In this document: positions 1 through 9,496 of the stretch, one piece after another
Numbering within the stretch: the first letter of the stretch is position 1
Layout: every line of letters begins with the position of its first letter
Notes under the pieces: generated by a model
Told to the model about the DNA's origin: nothing
What the model saw: the letters and a program-made list of their open reading frames with translations, nothing else
The model's database searches: none
NCBI GenBank assembly: GCA_963827235.1
Contig: CAWHAE010000018.1
Span: forward strand, 256,001-320,000
Source: an uncultured bacterium
Lineage (GTDB): Bacteria > Chloroflexota > UBA5177 > JANWHV01
Direction: 5' to 3'
Length of the DNA stretch: 64,000 nt
Position numbers and translations under genes: made by a program

Positions 1-325
1 ACAGACCGCAAGCCAGCGAGGCGAGAGTAAATATCGACAGTCCGGCGATTAGCACCGCGCGGCGGCCCAGCAGGTCGGCCATACGACCGCCGAGCAGCAA
101 GAACCCCGCGAAGAGCAGGGTATAGGCGTTGACTACCCATTGCAGGTCCTGCTCCGAGAAGCGCAGAGCGGTCTTGATCGAGGGAAGCGCCACGTTGACG
201 ATGGAGATGTCGATGATCACCATCAGCTGTGCCAGGCACACCAGCACGAGAGCAACCGTCTTGTGCGCCTGGTTTCCGGTATCCGGCACCGCCGCGGTGG
301 CGGCACGTGTGTCGGCCTGAGCCAT
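1..325 (-). CDS. DHA2/EmrB-QacA-type MFS efflux transporter, 5' part (continues beyond window start)
   Basis: Manual translation MAQADTRA...LVCLAQLMVIIDISIVNVALPSI...LQWVVNAYTLLFAGFLLLGGRMADLLGRR; GGAGGA RBS upstream of ATG at 325. Confidence 0.9.
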   Translation of the reverse strand, partial: MAQADTRAATAAVPDTGNQAHKTVALVLVCLAQLMVIIDISIVNVALPSIKTALRFSEQDLQWVVNAYTLLFAGFLLLGGRMADLLGRRAVLIAGLSIFTLASLACGL

Positions 326-504
326 GTTGGTCCTCCGGTTAAGCGCGTATCGGTTCGACGATAGTTTGAGGGTGCAGACCACCTGTGGCGGCCGCAGGAA
401 GCGGGAGAGATATCCGGCGGTGTCCGGAAAGCCGGCGCCACTCAGGATTCGCCGGCGATATCATGGGGTGAGGTGGGCAATCGATCATCCACAGCTCCTC
501 TACG

Positions 505-535
505 TTATGTGTACGGTACGGTAGCGTACACATAA
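505..535. promoter_or_regulatory. 31-bp imperfect palindrome, probable TetR-type operator for the MFS gene
   Basis: TTATGTGTACGGTAC-G-GTAGCGTACACATAA (one mismatched pair), directly downstream of a minus-strand -10 box. Confidence 0.7.
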
Positions 536-536
536 G

Positions 537-565
537 ACTATACGCCCCCCGTCGCTATGTAGCAA
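537..565 (-). promoter_or_regulatory. sigma70-type promoter for the MFS gene
   Basis: TTGCTA-17 nt-TATAGT on the minus strand. Confidence 0.6.
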
Positions 566-1147
566 CGCTTTCCCGCCTGTATCCCCCGCGGATGTGACCG
601 ATGTTACAGGCCCTCCCCGGACCTGTCTCCGCGCACGACCCGCGAGCGATCGCCGGCCCCGCGTCCCCACACCGAGCTGTCGAGCACGAACACCTGCCGC
701 CCGTCCGCAGCCGGCCCTGCTTTCCTGCCGGGGCAGGCAGCTCCGTGCCACCTGGGACCGCTGTCCCCCGCCGGCCGCCCTGCGACCTCAGCCGGAGGCA
801 CGCCGGCCGCACTCGACCACGACCGGCTGCCGCAGGTACCCTATCCACTGCCGTGCGACCTCGGCCGGAGGTACCGGGGTACCGCCGTGTCTGGGACCGG
901 CATGTCCTGTTTCGCGTGCAGGCGGCTGGATGCTTGCGGGCCATGACGTGCCGTATCGTGCTGCGAGTGATCAAGTTCGCGTAAGGAGATCCGGTGGCGG
1001 CTTCCTTGTGGTTGATGTGCGCCAGGGCTCGCAGCCGCGTGGTGGCTGGGGCTCGCCTCCCCAGCCCGACATATCCCGGCGCTGTTGCGCGCTAACCTCT
1101 GATCGGGCCGGTGTGCATGGCGCGATTGCCTTGAAGGATGGTCCTGA

Positions 1148-1333
1148 TCATGGCATCGGTGCCAGGCCCTCGGCTTGCACCACCCAGGTCCCGTCGTCAG
1201 GGAAGCCGGGCGCGGGCCCACCCGGCGCGCCATCCCAGCCGGCGACCATCAGGGCGACCGCCGCCAAGAGCCCGCCGTTACCCGGCAGGTACAAGGGCAG
1301 CCCTGGAGCCTGCGGGTTATGGCCGTTGGGCAG
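1148..1333 (-). pseudogene. C-terminal fragment of a six-hairpin glycosidase-like protein
   Basis: Manual translation LPNGHNPQAPGLPLYLPGNGGLLAAVALMVAGWDGAPGGPAPGFPDDGTWVVQAEGLAPMP*; no start, similarity ends abruptly at 1333. Confidence 0.7.
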
Positions 1334-2142
1334 ACGGCGAGGGCTCAGTCTCCTACCCGTACTACCCGTCCAGCGAGCACTTCTGCAAGCCGGCGCAGGG
1401 AGCGGAGGACCTCATAGACTGCCTGAACCTTGATGGCTGGACCGTCGAGTTGGTCGCCGCGCGCCTGGCCGGAGAGTACCGCAAGCATGGCGTGCGCTAC
1501 TGCTCACGCATGGGCGTGGGCCCGCTGGAGACCCTGCACACCTACGGCCTGGCGATCGGCCTGCGCGAGATGCAAGCGACCACCGTTGCCCACTTCTGCG
1601 ACAAGAACGTGGCGCGGAATCCATTCGGCTGGATCACCAACAACTACGAGATCTGCGAGGTCACCCCCTGGGTGGCGCGCGGCGCCCTGGACGCCTTTAG
1701 CGAGTGGATCGCCTGGATCCATCGCACCTGGCCTGACGTGGAGTGCCCGACCATGGCGGACTTCGGCGCCGCGGTGCGGGCGTCACACCCCGACAATGAG
1801 ACGCTGCGCTATGTGCTCCGGCAGCGCGGCAGCGGCATCGGCGCCTCTTTCGCCGGCCAGGATGTGACCTGGTTCATGAACCCGGACTTCCGCCTTGGTA
1901 TCGTCGTCGAAGCGGGTCGGGCCTCGGTCTTCGATTATACGGACTATCGCCGGCACTACGCCGAACCCCTGGAGGCCGGTCAGCGGGACTGGAGCATCTT
2001 CGGCGAGATCAACCAGAAGGGCCTGCGCCGGCAGGATCGTCCGGCGCCGCTAGTCCAGTTCCTGGAGGGCCGGCCCGAGGTCGCAGAGCGGCTGCAGATT
2101 CACCCCGCCGAGCGACGTGCACTCGCGCAGTTGATCGGCTAG
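1333..2142 (+). pseudogene. C-terminal part of a DUF3863/DUF3864-like protein, N-terminus missing
   Basis: DGEGSVSYPYYPSSEHFCKPAQGAEDLIDCLNLDGWT...SRMGVGPLET...GEINQKGLRRQD; the upstream part of ORF 1138..2142 is the antisense of another gene fragment. Confidence 0.7.
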
Positions 2143-2306
2143 ACCAGGCTCACAACCTGGGTACCGCCCAACCAACCCGCACCAAGCTGCAGCGCGGTCC
2201 CGTTGGCTATTGTGGCCTGGCACCAGACTATCAACCGCAATTGAGCCACGTCTAGGGCATGGAATGACGCTGTGCTATCCTCAAAGCGACGGGGGAGAGG
2301 AGCCGG

Positions 2307-2910
2307 ATGTCCGAACAAGCGACGTCGCCGCGCCCCACCAGACTACGACTGGACGCGGCGCGTGAACGAGTGCTGCTCGAGGTGGCGCTGGCACTGCTCG
2401 CCGAGGTCGGCTACGATCGCCTGTCGCTCGACGAGGTGGCTCGCCGCGCCCACACCAGCAAGGCAACCCTCTACAGGCGCTGGCCGGGCAAGGCCGATTC
2501 TGATCGCGGCCGCCCTCGTGGCGCACAAGGTCGACGTCGTGAACCGCCCGGCAGGAGCGTCCCTACGTGAGGACCTCATGGCCACGATCGGCGCGCTCTG
2601 TACGCAGGCCGGAACCGACGGCCCGCTCACCCAGGGCCTGCTCACTGCGATGTGCATCGACCCATACCTGAGCCGGCTCATCAAACTGCAGGGTGCCAGT
2701 GGCATGCAGCAGGACGTCGCCCTGATCATCGAACGGGCGGTGGCGCGAGGCGAGCTGACCCGGGACGCCGCGACCAGGGCCGGCACGGTCGCCGAGGTCG
2801 TCTATTCCGTGGTTGCCAGCCGATTCCTGCTCAGCCACGCCCCGCTCGACACCGCCTTCGCCGAATACCTGGTCGACTCGATCTTGCTGCCTATCCTGCG
2901 CGCCGACTGA
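2307..2910 (+). CDS. TetR/AcrR-family regulator with a +1 frameshift near 2498
   Basis: HTH LLAEVGYDRLSLDEVARRAHTSKATLYRRWPGKAD in ORF 2307..2570; C-terminal LIAAAL...ERAVARGEL...LVDSILLP in ORF 2272..2910. Confidence 0.85.
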
Positions 2911-2927
2911 CGTTCATCACCTCCGGT

Positions 2928-3638
2928 TCACGGTTCAATTACCAGGCGCAAGCGCTTGTTGACGCGCCCCTTGCTCTCATGCCCGACCACGCGGATATGC
3001 CCCACTTCACCCGTCCACGCCACGTGGGTGCCGCCATCTGCCTGCAGGTCGAGACCGGCTATCTCCACCACGCGTATCTCCGCGATCCCTTCCGGCAGCA
3101 AGTTCACCTTCGTGCGGATCAAGTCTGGAATGGCGAACGCCTCGGCGCGCGGGAGGACGCGCACGCGAATCTCGCGATCGGCGGCGATCTCGGCGTTGGC
3201 CCGTGCCTCTATCTCCTCCGCGAAGTCGGCGCTCATGCGCTCGAGCTCGAAGTCCATCCGTGCCTTGCCCGGTTCCATGGAGCCGCCGGTCACCGGAGCC
3301 TGGTAGTCGCGCCAGATCACGCCGCACAGTATGTGCAGCGCGGTATGCGCGCGCATCAGAGAGTGGCGCCTCTCCCAGTCCACCACGCCCTCCACGGTCG
3401 CGCCCTGTTCCGGCACCCGGCCGTCGAGGTGGTGCCAGACGGTCGCTCCCTCCCGGCGCACGTCGACCACGCGCGCCTCGCCGCCCAGCCAGGAGATCGT
3501 GCCTTGGTCCGCCGGCTGGCCGCCGCTCTGAGCGTAGAACACCGTTTGATCGAGCTCGACACGCGAGTCCAGGACCTGAGTGACCGTCGCCTGCATCTGC
3601 TTCAAGTAACTGTCGGCGTGGTACAGCAGGATCGTCAT
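2928..3638 (-). CDS. Free-standing alanyl-tRNA editing protein (AlaX-M type)
   Basis: LDQTVFYAQSGGQPADQG, MRAHTALHIL, DLQADGGTHV motifs; GGAG RBS before ATG 3638. Confidence 0.92.
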   Translation of the reverse strand: MTILLYHADSYLKQMQATVTQVLDSRVELDQTVFYAQSGGQPADQGTISWLGGEARVVDVRREGATVWHHLDGRVPEQGATVEGVVDWERRHSLMRAHTALHILCGVIWRDYQAPVTGGSMEPGKARMDFELERMSADFAEEIEARANAEIAADREIRVRVLPRAEAFAIPDLIRTKVNLLPEGIAEIRVVEIAGLDLQADGGTHVAWTGEVGHIRVVGHESKGRVNKRLRLVIEP

Positions 3639-3850
3639 GATGGCATGCTCCATTCAGATGGGCGCCGTTGAATATCGGTCCGGCCTGCCAGCTCCAGCAG
3701 CTTGCCTGCTATGCGCGCGCGCAGCGGCGCGTCCGCGTGCACGGTTGTGATGCCCTCCATGAGTAATTCAGGCGACGCAGCGGCGAGGGCGATCGCCAGC
3801 GCATCGTCCACGTCGGTGCCTACGTCGGTGTCGAGGATGATTCGCTTCAT
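3635..3850 (-). pseudogene. Truncated nucleoside hydrolase (N-terminal ~60 aa only)
   Basis: MKRIILDTDVGTDVDDALAIALA...LELAGRTDI then unrelated sequence; strong AGGAGGAG RBS. Confidence 0.8.
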
Positions 3851-3889
3851 CCCTCTCCTCCTGCTACATGTGGCCTATCGGGCTCTCGA

Positions 3890-4810
3890 TCACGATCCGG
3901 TGGCGCCCAGCTTCGCGAACATATCGGCAAAGATCGGGTCCCGATCGACAGAGCCGACTTCACGAATCAGGTGCCGGCGGGCGTCGTGACTCCAGGTGCG
4001 CTCGCTGGAAAGGACCGGACTGTGGACCAGCATGCTCTCCGCCCAGGCGGGATTCACCAGCCAGGCTACCGGCCCGACGTCCCAGATCGCCTTGGATCGC
4101 GCGAAATGATCGTCGTAGTAGGCCGAGTACTCTTCGGCCAGAAAATCGCCCAGCCTGCTTTTGCCGCGGACAAAGCGGTCGATCTCCGCCTCCGAAGTGC
4201 TCAGACGGTCGGTGACGGGCAGGCAGGGCACGTGAACCAGCGGCACGCCCGAATCAAACAGGATGCGCGACGCGTGCATGTCCTGCTTCAGGTTGAACTC
4301 CGACGCCGTGTGCCAGTAGCCGGCGTTGCCGCCCAGCCACACAACCACGATGCGCGACCGGATCTCCGGGGCCAGCACCAGCGCCGAGGCCACGTTGGTC
4401 GGTGCCGCGATCGCCACCACGTACAGCGGTTCGGCGCGATCCGCTGAAGCACGCGCGATCAGGTCGTCCACGGCCGGGCTGCGCACCGGCTGATCCGGCC
4501 CGGCCATCCACGACCGCGCCCCGCGAAACACGAACCCCTCGTGTGAGCGGCCGAGCAGATCCAGTAGCCGAAGGATCTCCTCGTAGCTCTTCTCCATACC
4601 GTCCGCGGGGCCGGAGGAGCGGTCGTTGTGGAAGGGAGCGGCATAGACCGCTTCCAGCTCGATACGCTCCGGCGACAGCATGGCGTATGCCAGCGCGAAC
4701 TGGTCGTCGATCTCGTTGTACGTGTCCGTGTCCATCACCATGGCGACCTTGCCGGCCGGCGGATCGAGCAGCGCCAGCCGCTCGCCCGCCCGCAACGCGA
4801 ATTCCGTCAT
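3890..4810 (-). CDS. Inosine-uridine-preferring nucleoside hydrolase family protein
   Basis: DTDTYNEIDDQFAL, IAAPTNVASAL, WLGG, EFNLKQD, IWD motifs. Confidence 0.92.
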   Translation of the reverse strand: MTEFALRAGERLALLDPPAGKVAMVMDTDTYNEIDDQFALAYAMLSPERIELEAVYAAPFHNDRSSGPADGMEKSYEEILRLLDLLGRSHEGFVFRGARSWMAGPDQPVRSPAVDDLIARASADRAEPLYVVAIAAPTNVASALVLAPEIRSRIVVVWLGGNAGYWHTASEFNLKQDMHASRILFDSGVPLVHVPCLPVTDRLSTSEAEIDRFVRGKSRLGDFLAEEYSAYYDDHFARSKAIWDVGPVAWLVNPAWAESMLVHSPVLSSERTWSHDARRHLIREVGSVDRDPIFADMFAKLGATGS

Positions 4811-5162
4811 CTCTCACGCCCTCCAGCTGTCCATCGATGGTGAACCTCGCGGTTCCGCCAACCCAGTGCGGAGCCGCCTCTCGCTGCAACGCCTGGTTGT
4901 TGGCATTTTACCGGGCGGGCCTGCGGCCACGTGAGCCTCTGCTCGAGTGCCGGCAAGGCCCGACAGCGCCATCCACAGGAGAGCGCCGCGGTGGCTGCGG
5001 CGCGCTCTCCGGCGCCCTCCGTTCGAAAGCGAGCTCAGGCATAATGGATGTGGACGGGCCGATCATTGCGTCGCCGCGCGCTCCGTGCAGTCCGGAAGCG
5101 TGTCGCGCTGTTGTCGTTGGCTCGACGCCGTAGTTGGTCGCACCGAGTTCGAGGAGGTTCTC

Positions 5163-5499
5163 GTGGCAAAGGTTGGATTTCTCTCGATAGCCGGTGCCTG
5201 CGCAGGAGGCCGCACGGCACATCGAGACGCTGCAGACCGAGCTGGTACCGCTTATCAGCAACGGCAGCATCTGGGCACGCCACGAATGGCATCTTGGCAG
5301 CCGGTTCGCGGCACAGCAGCCGCCCACGGTCATCGCCACCGCTGCAGACGACTACATGGATCACGACGTCACCTCCATGTGCACGTGCAGCGTGCTGGTA
5401 CAGGGTGCACCGGGCGCCTATCACGCCCTGATCATGGTGCGAGGCATACACCCCAGAGCCAGTTCCGTGCAAGTGCACGCCGTGGCAATCGGCGCCTGA
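5163..5499 (+). CDS. Small hypothetical protein, probably frameshifted near 5191
   Basis: GAGGAGG RBS plus GTG at 5163 (VAKVGFLSIA) joins ORF 5194..5499 if one base is removed. Confidence 0.45.
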
Positions 5500-5691
5500 C
5501 GGGCGCCTGCCGCGAAGTGCCGATTGCCATGCATCGACGAAGCAGATAGACGCGATTGACCCGGGCTGACCTGAAGACCAGACCCGCGCTGACCGGAGGC
5601 CGTGCTCAGATGGTGCCCGGCCTCCGGTATCTGCCTGCTGCCTCAGACGCCCGTAGCTGCCACGGCTCCGCGTAGCCAGGCAGAAGCACCG

Positions 5692-6771
5692 TCAGACGAC
5701 TGCGAGCAACGGCTGGTAGTCCAGGTCGTAGCCGAAGGCATGCGGTCCGACCAACGCCAGCCCGGCTTCGCTCCGCCAGGGAGCGGCGCAGGGCATCCCG
5801 ACCACGACCACGCGGAAGCCGTAGCGCAGCGTCTCCGTGGTGATCGGCTCTCCGCTGTCCTCGTTCAGCACGGTCACCAGGTCGGGCACCATGGCCACCG
5901 GCTTACCATCGCGCAGGGCGATCAGGTTCTCGTTCTGAAAGCGGATCTGCAGCTCGTGTCCCTCGTCCTCGCCCAATCCGCGGAATGTGGCCTCGCCGCG
6001 GGCAAAGCCCCGCTCGGTCCGCCGCTGCACATCCATGATCTTGCCGTGGAAGAGCCTGCGTCCGCCCGTTACGCTCAGCAGGGCGTCGATCGGGTTGCTC
6101 TTGTCACGGCGCGCGGCACGGATCGTGGCGCCCAGGCGAATAGCCAGGCTTACGCTGCCGGGAATCAGGGCCGCCTTGGCCTGTGCTCCGCTGAGCGCGT
6201 AGAGCGCCACAAAGGCAACGCCGCCCATTTGGATGGTCATAGTGCGTGCTATACGCTCCGCCCAGACGTTGTCGCACGTGTTGAGAATGGCGCTGTTTCC
6301 CTTTTCGTCGCCGATCGCCATGGGCGTGGCTGCGATGCCGTACATGGTCGGGCTCACCATCTGCAGCTCCGGGAATGCCCGGCCCATGCCGTCGGCATCG
6401 ACGATCGGCAATCCCAGCGAGGCGGCGACGATGAAGGGCGTGGTGGAATTGAGTCCACCGGCCTCGATCGGTGTCACCGCCGTGACCTTGCGGCCCAGAT
6501 ATGCCTCCAAACCCTGGAACGCGTGCACGATTTCGTCGCCGCGAGGCAGCTTCTCCACCATCACGGTCGGAGCGCCCATCATCGCCGCCGGCACGACCAG
6601 ATCGTCGTCGCCGAGGTCGGCCAGGTCTATCATGCTCACCCGGCCATGCTCCCGCATCGCAGCTATAGCAGTGAGCTTGCCGATATGCGGATCGCCGCCT
6701 CCGCCTGTGCCCAGCACCGCCGCACCCAGTGCCAGGTCATCCATGGCCTCCGGACCGACTTGTCGCCTCAT
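5692..6771 (-). CDS. DUF917 family protein (thiohydantoin desulfurase-like)
   Basis: GTGGGGDP, GAPTVMVEK, EAGGLNS, DADGMGRAFPELQM, FQNENL, PDL; ATGA overlap with upstream gene. Confidence 0.9.
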   Translation of the reverse strand: MRRQVGPEAMDDLALGAAVLGTGGGGDPHIGKLTAIAAMREHGRVSMIDLADLGDDDLVVPAAMMGAPTVMVEKLPRGDEIVHAFQGLEAYLGRKVTAVTPIEAGGLNSTTPFIVAASLGLPIVDADGMGRAFPELQMVSPTMYGIAATPMAIGDEKGNSAILNTCDNVWAERIARTMTIQMGGVAFVALYALSGAQAKAALIPGSVSLAIRLGATIRAARRDKSNPIDALLSVTGGRRLFHGKIMDVQRRTERGFARGEATFRGLGEDEGHELQIRFQNENLIALRDGKPVAMVPDLVTVLNEDSGEPITTETLRYGFRVVVVGMPCAAPWRSEAGLALVGPHAFGYDLDYQPLLAVV

Positions 6772-7865
6772 GCATCGCCTCCTCGCCGTAGCGGTTTGTA
6801 CTCCATGTCGTAGCCAAAGGCGCGCGGTCCAATGACCGCCAGCGCCTTCGGCGTGGCCATCAACGGGTGGCAGGGCAGTCCCAGCACCGCCACGCGCAGG
6901 CCATAGCGCAGCACTTCCGTCGTGATCGGCTGTCCCGACTCCAGATCCACCATGCAAATGAGGTCGGGTACGGTCGCCACCGGGCTGCCGTCGCGCCGGG
7001 CGACCAGATTCTCGTTTTGCAGGTCGATTTCCAGCATGGATCCGTTGTCAGCACCCAGCCCATGCAGCGTGGCGCGTCCCACGGCGAACCCGCGCGAGAG
7101 CCGCCGGTTGACGTCCACGACCTTGCCCTCGAACAGCAGCACGCCGTCGCAGGCGGCCAGGACCGCTTCCACCGGGTTGCTCTTCGCCCGGCGGGCGCGC
7201 TGCACAGCGTAGCCCAGATCTATCGCCTTGGTCACCGCGTTGGGCACGCTGTACTGCCGGATGAAGCTCCCGCGCATGGGAGGGAAGGCGTAGCCGGCGG
7301 CGGCACCCATGTCCACCGCCGTGGCACGCGAAAGCCGCTCCAGCCAGAACATGTCCTGCGTGCCCGTGAATACCACGTGGTTGCCCTTATCGTCCGCGAT
7401 AGCAGCCGGGGCAGGGGCATGGCCGTAGATGAAGAACGTGCACATCTGCAGCTCGGGAAACGCGCGGCCCATGCCGTCCCCGTCCACGACCGGGAGTCCG
7501 GCTTGGATGGCCGTGATCATCGGCTCCATGGAGTTTGCGCCGCCGATCTCGCCCGAGATGAGCGCGGTCACCCGCTCACCGGACGCGCGTTGCACGGCCC
7601 GCAAGGCCTGAAGGCATTCGTCGCCGCGCTCGATCTTCTCGATGCCTACGACCGGCGCGCCGATCCCGCCTACGCTGACCACTCGATCCTCGTCGCTCAG
7701 CTCCTCAAGCGGCAAGAGGGTCAGCTCGCCGCCGGTCGCCAGCAATTGTTGCGTGCGGAGCCGCCCGATATGCGGATTGCCGCCGCCCCCAGTACCGAGG
7801 ATGGCGGCGCCGATCTCGAGGGCCTTGACGTCGTCAAGCGTAAGAGTACGACCCTGCCTAGCCAA
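6768..7865 (-). CDS. DUF917 family protein
   Basis: GTGGGGNP, GAPVVGIEK, EIGGANS, DGDGMGRAFPELQM, LQNENL, PDLI; TTG start inferred. Confidence 0.9.
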   Translation of the reverse strand: MARQGRTLTLDDVKALEIGAAILGTGGGGNPHIGRLRTQQLLATGGELTLLPLEELSDEDRVVSVGGIGAPVVGIEKIERGDECLQALRAVQRASGERVTALISGEIGGANSMEPMITAIQAGLPVVDGDGMGRAFPELQMCTFFIYGHAPAPAAIADDKGNHVVFTGTQDMFWLERLSRATAVDMGAAAGYAFPPMRGSFIRQYSVPNAVTKAIDLGYAVQRARRAKSNPVEAVLAACDGVLLFEGKVVDVNRRLSRGFAVGRATLHGLGADNGSMLEIDLQNENLVARRDGSPVATVPDLICMVDLESGQPITTEVLRYGLRVAVLGLPCHPLMATPKALAVIGPRAFGYDMEYKPLRRGGDA

Positions 7866-9402
7866 CGGCCAGATCCCCGACCGCCTTGACGTGGATGCGC
7901 GTGGCATTGCTCGGCAGGTAGGCAAGCGGCACTTCCTCTACCTCCACGATCTGCACGCCGCCGGCCGCCGCGCCCGCTTCGATCGCCCGCTCTGTCGCCT
8001 GGCGCTTGGCATCTTCCAGCGCCTGCTCGCGCGGTACGTCGGAGAGCGCATAGACCCTGTCGATCTCACCGCTGACCTGGGCGATCGCCGCCCCGACGGC
8101 ATTTGCCACCTGGAAGTACGGCGGCCTGGTCGCCGTCAGCACGCCGATCTGCTCGCCCACCAGGATGCTGCCGCCGCCCACGACCAGCACAGGCACCGGC
8201 TCCGGTGTCAGCAGCATGCGGTCGCATGCCTCCGCGGCCATGCTCTCGATCGTGTCGACCGCTCGCCGCACCATCTTCTTCTCCAGGCCGCTCACGCGCC
8301 CGACTTCGCCGATCTCGGCCATTCCGGCCGCCACGGCCACGTCGGTAGCCGTGAGCGTGGCGCCGCCGAATACGAGGCCCTCCTCGACCAGCTTGTAGCC
8401 CACGCTCTGCGGCCCAACCGTGAGGCCCCCATTCTCAATCACCAGCGAGCCGCCGCCTAGGCCTATGCTCAGCACGTCGGGCATGCGGAAGTTGGTGCGC
8501 ACGCCGCCCACTTCGATCGCCACGCCCGCCTCGCGTGGGAATCCGCGGTGCAAAGCTCCAACGTCGGTGGTGGTACCGCCGATGTCGACTACCAGTGCCT
8601 CCTGCAGGCCGGAGAGGAAGGCAGCACCGCGCATGGAGTTGGTCGGGCCGGACGCGAAGGTCAGCACGGGGAAGCGCTTGGCGTACTCCGCGGTCATCAG
8701 CGTGCCGTCGTTCTGCGTGAGGTAAAGCGGCGCCGTGATGCCCGCATCGGCGAGCGCCTTGGCAAACGCCCCGAGCACACGTTCGCCCAGGGGCTGCAGA
8801 CAGGCGTTCAGAATCGCCGCGTTCTCGCGCTCGAGCAGACCGATCCGCCCGATCTCCTCCGAGATCGTGATGCGCGCGTCGGGCAGCTCCTCGGCGAGTA
8901 TCGCCGCCGCGCGCTTCTCCATCTCGGGGTTGATGGGCGAGAAGACGGCCGACACGGCGATGGCCTTGATACCGCGCTCCCGGATCTGCCCGGCGATACC
9001 GCGCAGCTCTGCCTCATCCAGAGCGGAAATCTCGCGCCCGTCGAACTCGTAGCCGCCGTGTGCGAGGAACCAGCAGTTGCCCACGGCGTCGCGCAGATCC
9101 TCCGGCCAGTCGACCATGGGGGGCAGAGACTGCGCGGCCGGCAGGCACAGCCTGACCGCCGCCACGCGGGCCAGATCGCGACGCTGTACCACGGCATTGG
9201 TGAACTGCGTGGTACCGATCATCAGGGCGCCTATTTGCCCAGGGCCGACCTTCGCCTGAGTGAGCAACACGTTCAGCGCGGCCGTGATGCCGGCTGTGAT
9301 GTCAGCTGAGTTATTCATCTTGACCCAATCGACAACCCGCGTGCCGTCCATGGCCACGGCGTCTGTATTGGTGCCGCCGACATCGATCCCTATTCTGAGC
9401 AC
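7858..9402 (-). CDS. Hydantoinase/oxoprolinase A-type ATPase (HyuA-like)
   Basis: IGIDVGGTNTDAV, IGTTQFTNA, ERENAAILNA, QNDGTL, SGPTNSMRGA, DIGGTTTD, GLGGGS, VANAVGAA. Confidence 0.93.
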   Translation of the reverse strand: MLRIGIDVGGTNTDAVAMDGTRVVDWVKMNNSADITAGITAALNVLLTQAKVGPGQIGALMIGTTQFTNAVVQRRDLARVAAVRLCLPAAQSLPPMVDWPEDLRDAVGNCWFLAHGGYEFDGREISALDEAELRGIAGQIRERGIKAIAVSAVFSPINPEMEKRAAAILAEELPDARITISEEIGRIGLLERENAAILNACLQPLGERVLGAFAKALADAGITAPLYLTQNDGTLMTAEYAKRFPVLTFASGPTNSMRGAAFLSGLQEALVVDIGGTTTDVGALHRGFPREAGVAIEVGGVRTNFRMPDVLSIGLGGGSLVIENGGLTVGPQSVGYKLVEEGLVFGGATLTATDVAVAAGMAEIGEVGRVSGLEKKMVRRAVDTIESMAAEACDRMLLTPEPVPVLVVGGGSILVGEQIGVLTATRPPYFQVANAVGAAIAQVSGEIDRVYALSDVPREQALEDAKRQATERAIEAGAAAGGVQIVEVEEVPLAYLPSNATRIHVKAVGDLAVG

Positions 9403-9496
9403 GTCCTTCCGATCCTTTCCATTCAACGAACGCGGTGCCATGACGGCCGGCACCATTGCCACGAGAAGCGACGAACTGCCTCGAACTTGAATGCTC

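Noticed and set aside
594-1433. 279-aa ORF and neighbours
   Set aside because: Pro/Arg-rich shadow ORF over GC-rich intergenic DNA and antisense to a gene fragment; no motifs.
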